A stretch of DNA of 64,000 nucleotides from assembly GCA_010093705.1 (NCBI GenBank), contig MU006117.1, positions 1 to 64,000 on the forward strand. Reading direction: 5' to 3'. A program made the translations under genes and the position numbers. Position 1 is the stretch's first letter; every line of letters starts with the position of its first letter. The notes beneath the pieces were generated by a model. It ran no database searches. It worked only from the letters and a program-made list of their open reading frames with translations, and was not told the DNA's origin. Source of the DNA: Patellaria atrata CBS 101060 (taxonomy: Eukaryota). Of the stretch, positions 13,254 through 28,395 are shown one piece after another.

Positions 13254-16200
13254 TTAGATTAAGTTTATCTTTAATAGCCTTTAAAAAGACGATATAATAT
13301 TCTAACCGAAGCACGATATTAGTTTAGCTAATAAATGATTATTAGATCGATCGAGAATCTATAAATAGCCGAGCTTTACTAGTAATAAAATATCTAATAT
13401 TTAAAAGTATTAATATCGACGATAATAACGATCTAGTACTTAAAAGAGATTAGGACTAACGAATATAAATTATTTAAAGAAATAAATATTATAGTAAATT
13501 AAATAAGATAGTTAAATCTTTAATAATTTTAGTAAAGTAGACGGGTAATAAGCTAATTATAGATTTAGAAATAGAGAGTAATATTAAATTAAAAGAAAAA
13601 GAAAAAATATACTAATATAGATTAACGCTAAAAATAATCGATTAATAGATTATTAACGATATCTTAAAAGTAAATCTATAGAATCTACTAAAAGAAATCC
13701 CCGGAATAATAAAAGAAAGAAAGTCTTTTAAATATACTATTATTATAAATAATTAAAACGTTAATATAATCGATAAAACGAAGGAATAGATAGTTAAAAA
13801 CCTAGATTAATTCGTAATAAAGTATCTCTATATAAGAGCGAAGCTTATAACTCGAGAGATATAACTCGAAAAAATAGTAAACCTTATTAATAAGATAATA
13901 CCCGATTTATAGCTAAAGCTATAAGTATACTAAACGAATAAAGAAGCTATAGAACGCCTTTAGAATAAAATCGATAATTTAAAAAAGTAAACTAAGTAGT
14001 CTAAACTAGATTAAAGAAGTATCTAGTTTAACGATAAATTTAATAATAAAGAATTATTAGCACTATATAGTCGTAATAACTAAGCTAGAATAGTCGACTT
14101 AATTAAAAACTTTAAAAGTAAAGGCGACGATAAAATAAAGAAGTTCTCTAATTTATTAGAACTAATTAATAGTAAAAAGCTAATCTATAAAAAGTGAAAG
14201 AGTAAGATAAATAATAAGCTCTATATTAATAACGATTAGTTCTAAGATAAAAGAGCGAAGACTATCTATATTAAGATATAAATTAGTGACGAGGTAACTA
14301 AATATATATACTCTTTCTTAGAATCGGAGAAGAACGATATAATCTTAATAAGGTTAATAAGATTTCTAGACTAAATCTATAAGAATTTAAATAAACGACT
14401 AAAAGCTAAAAATAAACTAAAGAAGTTAAAATAAGATTATTTAGCGGACTTTTTAAAGTTCTAGTTTATATTTATCTAACTAGTTAATAAAGCTAGATTA
14501 TTATATAATTAGTGGAAAAAGGAACTCTACGATAGACTTTATAATAGTTTAAGGCTAATAATAGCGGAAGCTATAGATAATAATAAAATTAACTTCTAAA
14601 AGTACTATAGTAAAGCCACGATATAGACACGAGAGCTAGAAAGATTAGATAAAGCTAGTAAGGCCTATAGAGAGAGTTAAAAGCGTGGTAAATCGACTAG
14701 AATAACTTCTATCTTAATAATAATAAATAGAACTTTATACTAATTAGGAAATAGAGGAATCACTTCACTTATAATATTATAAGTGACGGAGTAAACTATA
14801 ATTATTTAGAAGTTTATAGATAACTACTTTAACTACGGTAAGGCTAGATATAGAGCGTTAGAATACCGGGGACTAAAGAAAATAACCGAAGTAAAGTTAG
14901 TCTAAAAAGATAAGTATTAAAACTTAAAGTCTAATTTAAGGTTAAATTTAGAAAACGAGAAACCCTAAGTAGAGACTTTATATTAAGGTTAATAGTAGAA
15001 GTATTAATAATACCGATTAGCGATCCGGTATTAGAAAAGCCATTCACGATACCGTGCCGAATCTCGAAGAATAGAATTATAATATAGCTTAAGGCCCTAA
15101 TCGATACTAAAGCTTAAGAGTATACCTTACTAAATAAAAGATAGCTACCCGCTCTAAAATAACGCCTCGGAATCGAAGTTAGAAAGATAGACTAGGAGAT
15201 TAAAGTTAATACCTTTAATAATTTAAAGATAATACTAATTAATTAAGTACTTAAGGCGAGCCTTATAATTAGAGGACGAAGGTGATTAATACCGATTATA
15301 GTAACGAATACGGGTTATAATAATATATTTATAAGTAAGAAGTGATTCTTTAAGACTAATAACTTATCTAATTATAAATATTATCGGATTATTTAACCGA
15401 AATAGACTACTATAGTTAAAGACTAGTAATAAAATATCGTGATTCTAAAGAGCGAGTTATAAATTTAAACTAACTTATAGTATTAATTCAATATAGAATA
15501 ACGAGATAAAGCTATCGATAAACGAGAATATAACCGATAGAAAATATTAGTTAACTAAAAAAGAAAACTATAACTATTTTAATAGAAATAATCGAGTTTA
15601 TAGATTAAGAATATTAGCTTCGATCTCTAAAAGATAAAATTAGAACTATTAGACTTAATAGAGAAAAAGATACTAAAACTCTTTAAAAAGTCGAAGCTAA
15701 AGCTAAATAAACGGGTTAATATTACCGGGATCTATATAAATATCTATTTAGTTAATAGAGAAAACTATCTAAGGAATATAAAGCGTAAAGATATTATTAT
15801 AAATACTATAAGTCTATATAAGATTAACTTCTTAATATAAGATTAACTCTCGGAAGACGAAAACTCTCTAGATAAAGACGAAAACGTTTATAAAATAATA
15901 ATTTACGAAAAGTTACTTAAGAAATACTATTATTTAGTCTATATATTCTCGAAATCTATATCTAATAAGCTATCACCGCTTAAAGAAGGTGTAGATCACG
16001 ATATAGTACTAGACTAAAATAGTAATCTTATTACTAATCCCTTATATAATATACTTATCGAACACTTATAGCTAGTAAAAGACTATCTAAAGAAGCACCT
16101 TTAGAAGAGATTTATCGTTTTAAACGAGATATTATACGCGTCTCTAATATTATTCGCTAAGAAGTTAGGAGGAGGTTAGAGATTCTACGTTAATTATAGA

Positions 16201-19200
16201 AAGCTAAATAGTATTATTAAGAAAGATAAGTATCCGTTACCCCTAATTAAAGAAACACTAGCGCGTCTTTAACGAGTAAAGATATTTACGAAACTTAATA
16301 TAAGATAAATATTCTACTAAATTTAGATAAAGAAGTTAACCGAAGATCTTACTATCTTTTAAACGAGATATAGATCGTTTAAATATAAAATACTATCTTT
16401 TAAGTTATATAATAGTCTAGTTTTATTTTAACGATTTATTAATAAGGCGCTCTTTTAATATTTAAATAACTTCTATATAGTATATATTAACGATATATTA
16501 ATCTACTTTAAGTGCCTACTAGAGCACTAGACCTATATCGCGAAAGTGCTAAAAGCACTAGCTAAGACCGGCCTATAAACCGATATTAAGAAAAGCGAGT
16601 TCCACGTAATAAAAACGAAGTTCCTCGGCTTTATTATTAGTACCGACGGAATAGCGATAGATCTAGAAAAGACTAAAATAGTTTAAAATTAAAAGTTATT
16701 AATAAATATAAAGAGAATCTTATTATTTAATAAATTCTATAATTTCTACTAGAAGTTTCTAGAGAAATTTAGACGAGTTATACGACTATTAACGATATAG
16801 ATATAAAAAGGGGTTTAGAAACCACTTAAGTAAAAAGAAGAAGAGGTATTTAAGAAAGTAAAAGAGCTAATTCTATTAAATTAAATATTAACGTATTATA
16901 ACTCTCTACTTAAGACGAAAGTTAAGTCTAACTATAGTAACGGGGTTATTATAATAGTTATATTATAGCTTTATAGATATATTTAAAGGCTAATTACCTT
17001 CTAGACTAAGATATTATCGAAAATAAAACTAAGGTATAAAATTCACGATAAAGAAATACTAGCCGTAATAAAAGTATTAGCTAAGTGGAGAAGTATACTA
17101 GTAAAGTTATAATAAGTTCCCTTCACTATAATTATTAACTATAGAGTATTAGAATATTTCACTATAAAATAATTACTTAATATTAGATAAGCTCGATAAA
17201 GTAAAACTCTCTCTAATTTCTATTTTCGAATTATATATCGGCCTAGAGCCTAAAATGTCGTGATAAATATATTCTTCTATAAATAAGAAGATCTAAAGAT
17301 AATAAAAGATAAAGATATTATAATATAAATCTAAGTGCTAATTAACCTAAATATAACGATAATATCTTTTTAACTCTTAATAAAATAATAACTACTACCT
17401 AAGAAGATATTTTAGAGTAGTAAGAAATATATAATCTTTAAAGAGAAGGCGGTAGAAAAATACGCTCTAAAGTTAGGACTCGAGACCTAGATAGCGATAA
17501 CCGAGATAATAATAGTCGAGTCTTTATAGGAGATAGAGGGAGCTAAAGCTTAGGACTAAGAGTCTATAATAATTAAAACTTTAAAAGAAAGAAATAATAT
17601 ATTAAAGAAATATATTAACCTTAATCTTAACTTTAGGCCGGGGCCTATACTTATTCACTTTATAATTCCCACTATAACTAAAAAAGAAAAGGAAGTTAAG
17701 TATAAGATAGAAGAAAGGGAAGATATATTTATAAATTTAAAGTAATATATTTAAAATAAGCCTAATCGGAAATAAGAGCCGCTAATAATATATTTATTAA
17801 TAGATTAAATATTAGAAGTAAACTAGAAATATAACTCTCTATTAATATACTAAAAGTAAGTTAAAGCTAAAAAGAGGTATTAGAAACTATAAAATAATCT
17901 ACTCGTTAGATTTAATAAACTTATAGTCCTAGATATAGATAATCTTAGAATATATCTAATATAAGACGTATATAACGCACTAATTATAGAATATCTAGGA
18001 ATTAAGAAGATAAAAGAACTAATTTAAACGCGATACTACTAATTTAAATTAGTAGCTAATATAAATAGATATATCTAGAACTATTATATCTATTATCGAA
18101 TATATATATTAAGAGATAAAATCCCTAGTTTACTAAAATCACTACTAATTAAAGATAGATATTAGTAATATATTACCTTCGACTTTAAATTATTCTCTAA
18201 GGATACGCACGGATTCGAAATAGCGTTTATAGTAGTAGATCGACTAGAAAAGAGAGCGATCTCACTCCTCTATACTAAAGATATCTCGGCTAAAGTAGCC
18301 GTAAAGCTATACTATAAATATATATAGCGAATATACGGTATATTAAAGATAATAATATTAGACTATAGTCTATAGTTTATTTCTATATTTATAGATAAGC
18401 TTTATAAACTAATAAAAGTGAAATAGAAACTATTTATAGCTTACTATTCGTAGACGAATAGAGATACGAAAATTATTAATTAGTATATAAATCTATAACT
18501 CTAGCCCTTTATAAATTACTATTAAAGTAATTAGTTAGAGCTATTATCTATAATAGACTTTACCTAGGCTATATTAGTCTATAAATCGATAGATATTTCC
18601 CCTTATAAGTTAGAATTTAGTTACTAACCACGAATATATTTCGACTAGTAAGAGCGGATAGATCTTAATATATATAAGATAGTCTAAGAAAAGATAAATA
18701 GAGAGAAAGCTTAACTATTCGCGAAATATACTTACGACGTTATTAAATAGGCGAGGAATAATCTAGAAAAGGTATAAATAATATAGATAAAATTAGCTAA
18801 TAAGTATTAGAGAGAACTAGACTTTAAATTAGGAGACTACGTCTTTATCTTATATAAAGGCTAGATATTAGATAAGCCGAGTGTTAAACTAGACTATTAG
18901 AACGTAAGTCTATATAAGATAATAGAAATAAAAAGACACTTTTATATAATCGGCTTACTTATTAATATAAAGATATCGAACGTATTCTATATAAATAGGC
19001 TTCGTAAAGCATCGATAGACCCGTTACCCGAATAACGGCTAGAACTACCACCGCTGATCGAAATAGACGGCGAGCCTAAATATAAAGTAAATAAGATTCT
19101 AGTAAGCCGTATCTCTCGCGGTAAGTTATAGTATAAAGTAAATTAGATTGAATATAACTTTAACGAGATATAGTATCCGGCTCGTAACTTTATTAGAGCA

Positions 19201-19449
19201 CCGTATAAGCTCGAAGAATTTTATAATTAAAGACTAGCCGACGCCGAATTACTAGTCTAACTTAAAGAATAGCTCTAAGCCTTTAAATTTAAGATAAAAG
19301 TAAAACTATACGATAATAATAATATAGCTAAAAAGAAGGGGTCTATATAGATTTTAAGATATCGTAAATAGATAATAGATCGCGTTATAAAACGCTGCTA
19401 ATATTACTACGGAAATCGGGGCCGATTTCTATTATTAAGAGGAGGATAA

Positions 19450-19721
19450 TATAACGACGTATTACGATACTAATCCCGTATTTCCTATACTAAGTATTTA
19501 GTTTATTTATAAAAGATCTTTACCGGGTCGGACGCGGAAAAGATCTTTAAGCGCTAATTAGTTAAATAGAAGATAATTAGGCTAAGACTTAGTAAGACGG
19601 GACTATTATATATAGATATTTAGCTCACGATATTATTATTCCTTAACTTAATCTCTATATTTAATAGTTAGTAATAAAGATAGTTAAAATACGATTATTA
19701 TAGCTATATTATATTATTACA
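19450..19721 (+). repeat. A2 3' LTR (272 bp)
   Basis: Follows the PPT, ends in CA at 19721 and is followed by TSD cttct. Confidence 0.95.
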
Positions 19722-22700
19722 CTTCTCTATAATAATTAATAGACTAAAATATTATAATAGTTCGAAAGTTTATAGGAAATTATTTTAATTATAATAAGCT
19801 AAAATACTAATCGGTTAATTACTAAATATAAAAAAAGATAACCGAGGTTAAATCGATTTAAATAAAGTAAAATAAGTTAAACTAGAAATTAGAATTAAAA
19901 AATAAGAAATTTTAAGTAAAGACTTTACTTTAAAATTATTAATAAAAGTATTAAAAGTACTAATAAATAATTTAATTATAAAGAAATCTTTTATTATATT
20001 ATATTAAATATTAAGAAATAAAATTATAATATAACTTAAAACTTTAATTAATATAAAAGCCTAAAAGTATACCTTTTTAAATAAAAAGTAATTATTTATA
20101 TTAAAATAATAATTAAGTATTAAGTTAAAGAAGATACTATATATTAATATAAAAGATTTTAATAACTTAATAGTAAAATTAATTAATAAGATAGTTAAAG
20201 TTAATTTTATATTTATTAATAGACGATAGAAAATCCTTATTTTAATAATTAATATAGATTATATTAATATATTAATTAAAAGAGAGTAATTCTTAAAAAT
20301 AGGCGATTTATTAAACTATAAATATAATATAATCTTTTAATTATTATAAGTTATAGCGATTAAGAACTAATAATAAAATATTATAATATTAAAGAGAAAA
20401 TTATAGATTATAATAGATTTAATCTATTAAGTTAATATAGAATAAAGAGATAAAGTATTTAATAAATAAAAGACGTAATATTTAAAGATTAAAACTAAAT
20501 AAAAGGAAAAGTCTATACTATTTAAATAAAAATAATCGAGATTATAAAAATAAAAACTAAATTCGAGTATATAAAAAATAAAAATAAAGCTATCGAATAT
20601 AATAGAAAAAGAGATCTTAAAGCTTTTAAAGAAATTAAAAATAGATTAATATATTAATATATTTAGAATAAAGTTAAATATTTATATAATTAATATTAAA
20701 GATTATTTATAAAATATTTAAAGACTAGATATAATTATTAAAGTTATAAATTTATATAAAATTAATTCTTTAATTTAAGATAAATTTAAGAAAGATAAAA
20801 ATCTATTATTAAATAATAAAAAAGAATTTAAGGCGATAATATTAAAAAAATTATTTATAAAGTATTATTATCTCTCTTATATATTTTTAAAGTATATATT
20901 AGACTAACTATTTTTCTATTAAGAGGAAATTAATTATAATATTATATTAAAGTAAAATAATAATCTAATAATAAGTCTATTATATAATATACTAATCGAG
21001 TATCTTTAATTAGTAAAGAATTATTTAAAAAAGTATCTTTAAAAAGAATTTATCGAGTTAAGTAAAGTATTATATATATCTTTAATATTATTTATTAAGA
21101 AGTTAAGTAGTAGTTAAAAATTCTATATAAATTACTAAAAGTTTAATAGTATTATTAAAAAAGATAAATATCTATTATTATTTATAAAAAAGATATTAAT
21201 CTAGCTATAATATATAAAAATATTTATAAAACTTAATATATAATAAATATTTTATTAAATATAAATAATAGAGTTAATTAAAGATTTTATTATATTTTAA
21301 ATCTAATATAACTTCTTTAAATATAAGATATTACTATTTAGTTTATATAATAGTCCCGCCTCTTTTTAATAATTTATTAATAAAGCTCTCTTTAAATATT
21401 TAAATAACTTTTATATAATTTATATAGATAATATTCTAATCTATTTTATATATTTAATAAAGTATAAAACGCACGTTATTAAAATATTAGAAGTATTAGT
21501 TAAAGTTAATCTATAAGCTAATATTAAAAAGAGTAAATTTTATATAATTAAAATAAAATTTTTTAGATTTATTATTAATATAAATAGTCTAATTATAGAC
21601 TTAAAAAAAATAGAAATAATCTAAAATTAATAATTATTAATAAATATTAAAGATATATAATCTTTTATTAAATTTTATAACTTTTATTAGAAGTTTCTCG
21701 ATAAGTTTAAATGAGTAATATAGTTACTAATAAGTTATATTAAAAAAGGAGTATCTTAATAACCGCTTAAGTTAAAAGAATATAAGGTCTTTAAAAGAGT
21801 AAAATAATTAATATTATTAAATTAAATAATAATATATTATAGCCCCTTACTAGAAATTAAAGTTAAATTAAATTATAACGATAAAGTAATAACTATAGCT
21901 ATTTTATAGAAGTATAATAATAAGTAAAGGCTTATTATCTTTTAAATTAAAATATTCTTAAAGTCTAAATTAAGATATAAGATTTATAATAAAAAAATAC
22001 TTACTATTATAAAAGTATTAATTAAATAGAAAAATATATTAATAGAATTATAGTTAATATCTTTTATTATTATTATTAACTATTAAATTTTAAAGTATTT
22101 TATAATAAAATAATTACTTAATATATAGTAAATTTATTAAAGCGAGGCTTTAATTAACTTTTATTTCTAGATTAAATATCGACTTAAAGTAAAGAATATA
22201 GTTATTAATATTTTATCTTAAAAATAAGAGGATCTTAAAATAATTAAAAAGAAAGATATCGCTATATAAACTTAGATACTATTTTATCTATAAATAATAA
22301 TAATTATAAGTTATCTCTTTATAAGATTTAGTTAAACTTATACTTATACTTTTATTATATTTAAAGGTACCTTAATTAAACTCTTAATATCTTCTATTAT
22401 AATAATAAAATTAATAAGATATATATCTAGGAAAGAAGAAGATATAATTAAATTAATTATATTAAATTAAAGTTAGATAAATATTATATTTAATTTACTT
22501 TAATCTAGCTCGGGAAATTATAGAACTAGAAAAGAGGAAAGAAAAGAATTTAGAACTATTATAGATTAATTAGAACTTAATATAAAGAAGAATAATTCTA
22601 AATTATATAAATAATTAACTTTAAAGTTTTAAAAAATACTAATAAAATAACTATTATTAATTAAACTTATCGATAAGATTATTTAAAAGAATAGAATATA

Positions 22701-24316
22701 TAAATTATTAACTTTCTTTTAAAAGTAAACTAAGATATAAGAAAAGTATTAAAATATTTATAAAGACTTATTACTATAGTTTAACTAATTAATAGTACTA
22801 GACGTTAATAATCTTTATATATATCTACTTCGAGATATCTATAATACTTTAGTAATTAGGTATTTAGAAGTATAAAAAATAAAAAATCTAATTAAAAATT
22901 AATATTATTAATTAAGCCTAATAGTTAATATAGAGAGATATATATAAAACTATTATATATACTATTAAATATACGTGTTAAAAGATAAAGCTTTAGGCTT
23001 ACTAAAATCTTTATTAATTAAAGATAAATACTAATAATATATAATATTTAACTTTAAGTTATTTTTAAAGAATAAATATAGATTTAAAATAATTTTTATT
23101 ATTATTATTAGACTTAAAAAATAAACTATCTTTATATCTTATAAATAAGATATATCCGCTAAATTAGTAATTAAGCTATATTAGAAATATATATAGAGAA
23201 TATATAGTATATTTAAAATAATAATATTTAATTAAAGACTTTAATTTATTTTAATATTTATAGATAAACTATATAAATTAATAAAAGTTAAATAAAAACT
23301 ATCTATAATATATTACTTTTAGATAAATAGTAATATAGAGATTATAAATTAATATATTAATTTAAGATTATATCTCTTTATAAACTATTATTAAGACGAT
23401 TAATTAAAATTAATATTAGTTATAAACTTTATCTTAATAATATTAATCTATAAATTAATAAGTATTTTACTATATAAATTAGAATTTAGATATAAACTAT
23501 AAATATATTTTAATTAATATAAACGTATTAACTTAGATAATTATAAGACTATTAAGAATTATATAAATTAAGAAGAGATATAATAGTTTATAAAATAAAC
23601 TTATAATATTATTAAATAAATTAAAAGGAACTTAATTTAAATATAAATAATATAAATTAAAGTAGTTAATAAGTACTATTAAAAGCTAAATTTTAAGCTA
23701 GGCGATTATATTTTTATTATTTAGAAGGATTAAATTTCGGATAAATTAAGTATTAAACTAAATTATTAAAATATTAAACTATATAAAATTATTAATATAA
23801 AGAGATACTTTTATATAGTAAATTTACTATCTAATATAAAGATATCGAATATATTTTACGTGGATAAATTAAGAAAGGTTATTATAAATTTATTTTTAAA
23901 CTAATAATTAAAATTACCCCTATTAATTAAGATTAACGGGAAATCGGAGTATAAAGTTAATAAGATATTAATTAACTATATTATATAAGGTTAATTATAA
24001 TATAAAATAAACTAGATAAATTATAATTTTAATAATATATAATATTTAGCTCTAAATTTTATCGAAGCCCTATATAAAATAAAGAAGTTTTATAATAAGA
24101 GACTATTAAACGCTAAATCTTTAATTTAATTAAATATATAATTTAAAGTTTATTAGATTAATAATTATAAATTAGAACTATATCTAGATAATAATAAAGT
24201 TAAAAAGAAAGGTCTAACTTAAATTTAAAGATATTAAAAGTAAGTATAAATAAAATAAATATTATTATAAAAATTTATAATTAATTAATAATTTCTACTT
24301 TTAGAGAAGGGAATAG

Positions 24317-24514
24317 TATAATAATATTATAGATTATTATTTTCTATTTTCCTTTATTAATAATAGTTATATTAAAGTTCTATTACTATATATTTAATAT
24401 TAGTAAATTATATAATTATAACTTCTTCTTTTTTTAACTTAATCTTTTTATATTATAGTTAAATTATATTAGTTATAATTTAATTCGATTCTTTATAACT
24501 ATTATATCGTTATA
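24317..24514 (+). repeat. B2 3' LTR (198 bp)
   Basis: Follows the PPT; matches the other B LTRs. Confidence 0.9.
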
Positions 24515-25071
24515 TTTTAATTTATTTAATTTATTATTAAAATTAAAATATTATAAAATTAATAAAAAAATAAAATTTATAAAAAATTTTATATTAATTT
24601 AAAAGATAAAATAATATAAAAATATATAAATAATTATATTAACTTTAAAAAATATTATTAAATAATAATAATAATAATTTATAATTTAAAGAAAAAAAAT
24701 AAAAAAATAAAAAAATAATAAAATTTAATTAAAAATATATATTAAAATTAAAATAATAATAATATTATTATTATTTTAAAAACTATTATAATAATAATAT
24801 TTAAATTAAATATATTTATAATAATTTAATAAATTAAAATAATAATAATATATAAATTTCTAAAAAAATATTTTAATTATAATAAAATAAATTATTAAAA
24901 GATAAATTATAAATTATTAAAAAAAAATAATTAAATTTAAAATAATTTAAAAAAATAAAATTAAGTTAATTATTTTATTAAATAATAATTAAAAATTAGA
25001 AAATAATAAATTTTAAATAAATATTTTATATTAAAATAAATAATATTTATAATATTTATAATATTTATAAT

Positions 25072-25333
25072 TATAATAATATAATATAATTATAGTAATT
25101 ATATTTTAACTATCTTTATTACTAATTACTAAGTATAAAGATTAAGTTAAGGAATAATTATATTATAAACTAAATACTCGCTTATAATAGTCCCGCCTTA
25201 TTAAGCCTTAGCCCGACTATCTTCCGTTTAACTAATTATAGCCACGAGATCTCTTCCGCGTCCGAGCCGGCTAAGACCTCGTATAAACTCACTAAATATA
25301 GGAATAAGACTAGTATCGTGATAAGTCGTTATA
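25072..25333 (-). repeat. A3 3' LTR (262 bp, A' variant)
   Basis: Repeat of 38917-39194; related to but 10 bp shorter than the A1/A2 LTR. Confidence 0.92.
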
Positions 25334-27336
25334 TTACCTCCCCTCTAATAATAGAAATCGGCCTCGATTTTTATAATAACGTTAGTAGCGTTCTATAACT
25401 CGATTTATTATCTATTTATAATATCTTAAAATCTATATAGGCCCCTTCTTTTTAACTATATTATTATCGTCGTGCGGCTCTACTTCTATCTCGAATTTAA
25501 AGGCTTAGAGCTATTCTTTAAGTTAGACTAGTGGTCTAGCGTTAACTAGTCTTTAATCGTGAAATTCTTCGAGCTTATACGGTGCTCCGATAAAGTTACG
25601 AGCCGGATACTACGTCTTATTAAGGTTATATCCGATTTAACTTACTTTATACTATAACTTACCGTGAGAGATATAGCTTACTAGGATCTTATCTATTTTA
25701 TATTCGGGCTTACTATCTATTTCGATCGGCGGTAATAGTTCTAGCCGTTATCCGGATAATAGATCTATCGGTGTTTTATAAAGTCTATCTACGTGGAATA
25801 CGTTTAATATCTTTATATTAATAGATAAGTCGATTATATAAAAGTGTTTCTTTATTTTTATTATTTTATATAGACCTATATTTTAATAGTTTAGTTTAAT
25901 ACTTAATCTATCTAATATCTAATCTTTATATAAGATAAAGATATAGTCTTCTAGTCTAAAATCTAGTTTTCTCTAATACTTATTAACCGACTTTATCTAT
26001 ATTATCTATATTTTTTCTAGGTTATTCCTCGCCTATTTAATAGCGTCGTGGATATATTTCGTGAATAGTTAAGTTTCCTCTCTACTTATCTTTTCTTAGA
26101 TTATCTTATATATATTAAGCTCTATCTACTTTTACTAATCGAAATATATTCGTGGTTAGTAACTAAATTCTAACTCGTAAGGGGAAATGCTTATCGATTT
26201 ATAGACTAACGTGGTCTAGATAAAGTCCACTATAGATAATAATTCTAACTAATTACTTTAATAATAGTTTACGAAGAGTTAAAATTATAGGTCTATATAC
26301 TAATTAATAATCTCTATTCCTCTATTTATTTATAAGTGGTAAGCTATAAATAGCTTCTATTTCACTTTTATTAGTTTATAAAGTTCGTCCGTAAACGCGG
26401 ATATAAACTATAGGCTATAATCTAATATCGCTATTTCCGATATACTATATATTCGCTATATATATTTATAGTATAGCTTTATAGCTATCTTAACTAAGAT
26501 ATCTTTAATATAAGGAAACGAGATTACTCTCTTTCCTAGTTAATCTACTACTACGAATACTATTTCGAAATCATGTATATCTTTAGGGAACGATTTAAAG
26601 TCGAAAGAGATATATTACTAATATCTATCTCCTATCGGTAGTGATTTTAGTAAATTAGGGGTTTTATCTCTTAGTATATACGTTTAGCGATAAGTGTAAT
26701 AGTTCCGGACGTATCTTTTTACGTCGACTACTAAGTCGGGCTAATAATATCGTGCTTAGATTAACTTTCTTATTTTCTTTATTCCTAGATATCCTATAAC
26801 TAACGCGTTATATACGTCTTATATTAGATACGTTTTAAGGTTATTTACGTCTAGAACTATAAGCCTACTAAATTTAATAAATAGATTATTTTATAGTTTC
26901 TAATATCTTTTCTTAGCTTCGATTTACTTTCGATATATCGATAAAGAGTTATACTTCCTATTTACTTCTAAGATCTAGTCTATTAATAGATATATTACTA
27001 ATAGTTTCTAGTTCCGACTAAACTTATTTTAAATATACCACTTTAAATTTATAGATATATCCTCTCTTTCTTCCTCTTAAAACCTAACCTTCTTTTCTTC
27101 TTTAGTGGTGGGAATTATAGAGTAAATAGGTATTAGCCCCGGTCTAGGGCTAAGGTTAATATACTTCTTTAGTATATTATCTCTCTTTTTTAGAGTTTTA
27201 GCTATCTTAAGCCCTAGGTCCTAAGCTTCGACTCCCTCCGTCTCCTATATTAGCGAAGGCTTAGTTATCGCCACCTTAGCTATTATAACCCGGGCCCCGG
27301 GTTTTAAGTTTAAGGCGTACTTCTCTACCGTCTTTC

Positions 27337-27635
27337 TATTATAACGGGAGTCTATACTTATCGAGATAGAACTAGATAAGCCTAGAAACGCGCCTAGCTT
27401 CTCACTTAACGTGGTTAACTATAAAGGTAAGTTTAGCAAAGTGATAGGATACGTATAATAAAGGCACTTTAAGTTGACGATATAACTTGCTGACTCCTTG
27501 ACTTCGGGTAATGCTCACGATGAGACAAGACGTACTGTATGGAAACAGTGTGACAAGTGAAGTCAAGTTTAAAACCGTAACATCCAAATCTATAGGTAAG
27601 ATTGATGGTAAGAATAACTACGAAGAATCTAAATA
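27337..27635 (-). repeat. C1 3' LTR (visible part; remainder in gap)
   Basis: Matches 34111-34409; identical over ~27484-27635. Confidence 0.95.
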
Positions 27636-28395
27636 NNNNNNNNNNNNNNNNNNNNNNNNNNNNNNNNNNNNNNNNNNNNNNNNNNNNNNNNNNNNNNNNN
27701 NNNNNNNNNNNNNNNNNNNNNNNNNNNNNNNNNNNNNNNNNNNNNNNNNNNNNNNNNNNNNNNNNNNNNNNNNNNNNNNNNNNNNNNNNNNNNNNNNNNN
27801 NNNNNNNNNNNNNNNNNNNNNNNNNNNNNNNNNNNNNNNNNNNNNNNNNNNNNNNNNNNNNNNNNNNNNNNNNNNNNNNNNNNNNNNNNNNNNNNNNNNN
27901 NNNNNNNNNNNNNNNNNNNNNNNNNNNNNNNNNNNNNNNNNNNNNNNNNNNNNNNNNNNNNNNNNNNNNNNNNNNNNNNNNNNNNNNNNNNNNNNNNNNN
28001 NNNNNNNNNNNNNNNNNNNNNNNNNNNNNNNNNNNNNNNNNNNNNNNNNNNNNNNNNNNNNNNNNNNNNNNNNNNNNNNNNNNNNNNNNNNNNNNNNNNN
28101 NNNNNNNNNNNNNNNNNNNNNNNNNNNNNNNNNNNNNNNNNNNNNNNNNNNNNNNNNNNNNNNNNNNNNNNNNNNNNNNNNNNNNNNNNNNNNNNNNNNN
28201 NNNNNNNNNNNNNNNNNNNNNNNNNNNNNNNNNNNNNNNNNNNNNNNNNNNNNNNNNNNNNNNNNNNNNNNNNNNNNNNNNNNNNNNNNNNNNNNNNNNN
28301 NNNNNNNNNNNNNNNNNNNNNNNNNNNNNNNNNNNNNNNNNNNNNNNNNNNNNNNNNNNNNNNNNNNNNNNNNNNNNNNNNNNNNNNNNNNNNNN
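27636..28395. other. Assembly gap (N run)
   Basis: 760 N; hides the rest of the C1 3' LTR, the PPT and the 3' region. Confidence 1.

Larger units (their letters stand above)
12982..19721 (+). mobile_element. Gypsy family A copy A2, full length (6740 bp), with 5-bp TSD tttct/cttct
   Basis: 272-bp LTRs; PPT 'aagaggaggataa' at ~19437-19449; chromodomain 'PPLIEIDGEPKYKVNKILVSR' at ~19045-19110. The empty site 'aactacttctctataat' is seen uninterrupted in B3 at ~43921-43937. Confidence 0.96.
11149..24514 (+). mobile_element. Gypsy family B copy B2, full length (~6.6 kb), interrupted by A2
   Basis: LTRs at 11149-11346 and 24317-24514; polypurine tract 'agagaagggaatag' before the 3' LTR; RIPed RT (~21000-21750), RNase H, integrase and chromodomain (~23940-24100). 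Confidence 0.92.

Noticed and set aside
11144..24519. TSD for B2
   Set aside because: The flanks attta and tttta differ by a transversion and are low complexity, so a TSD cannot be claimed.
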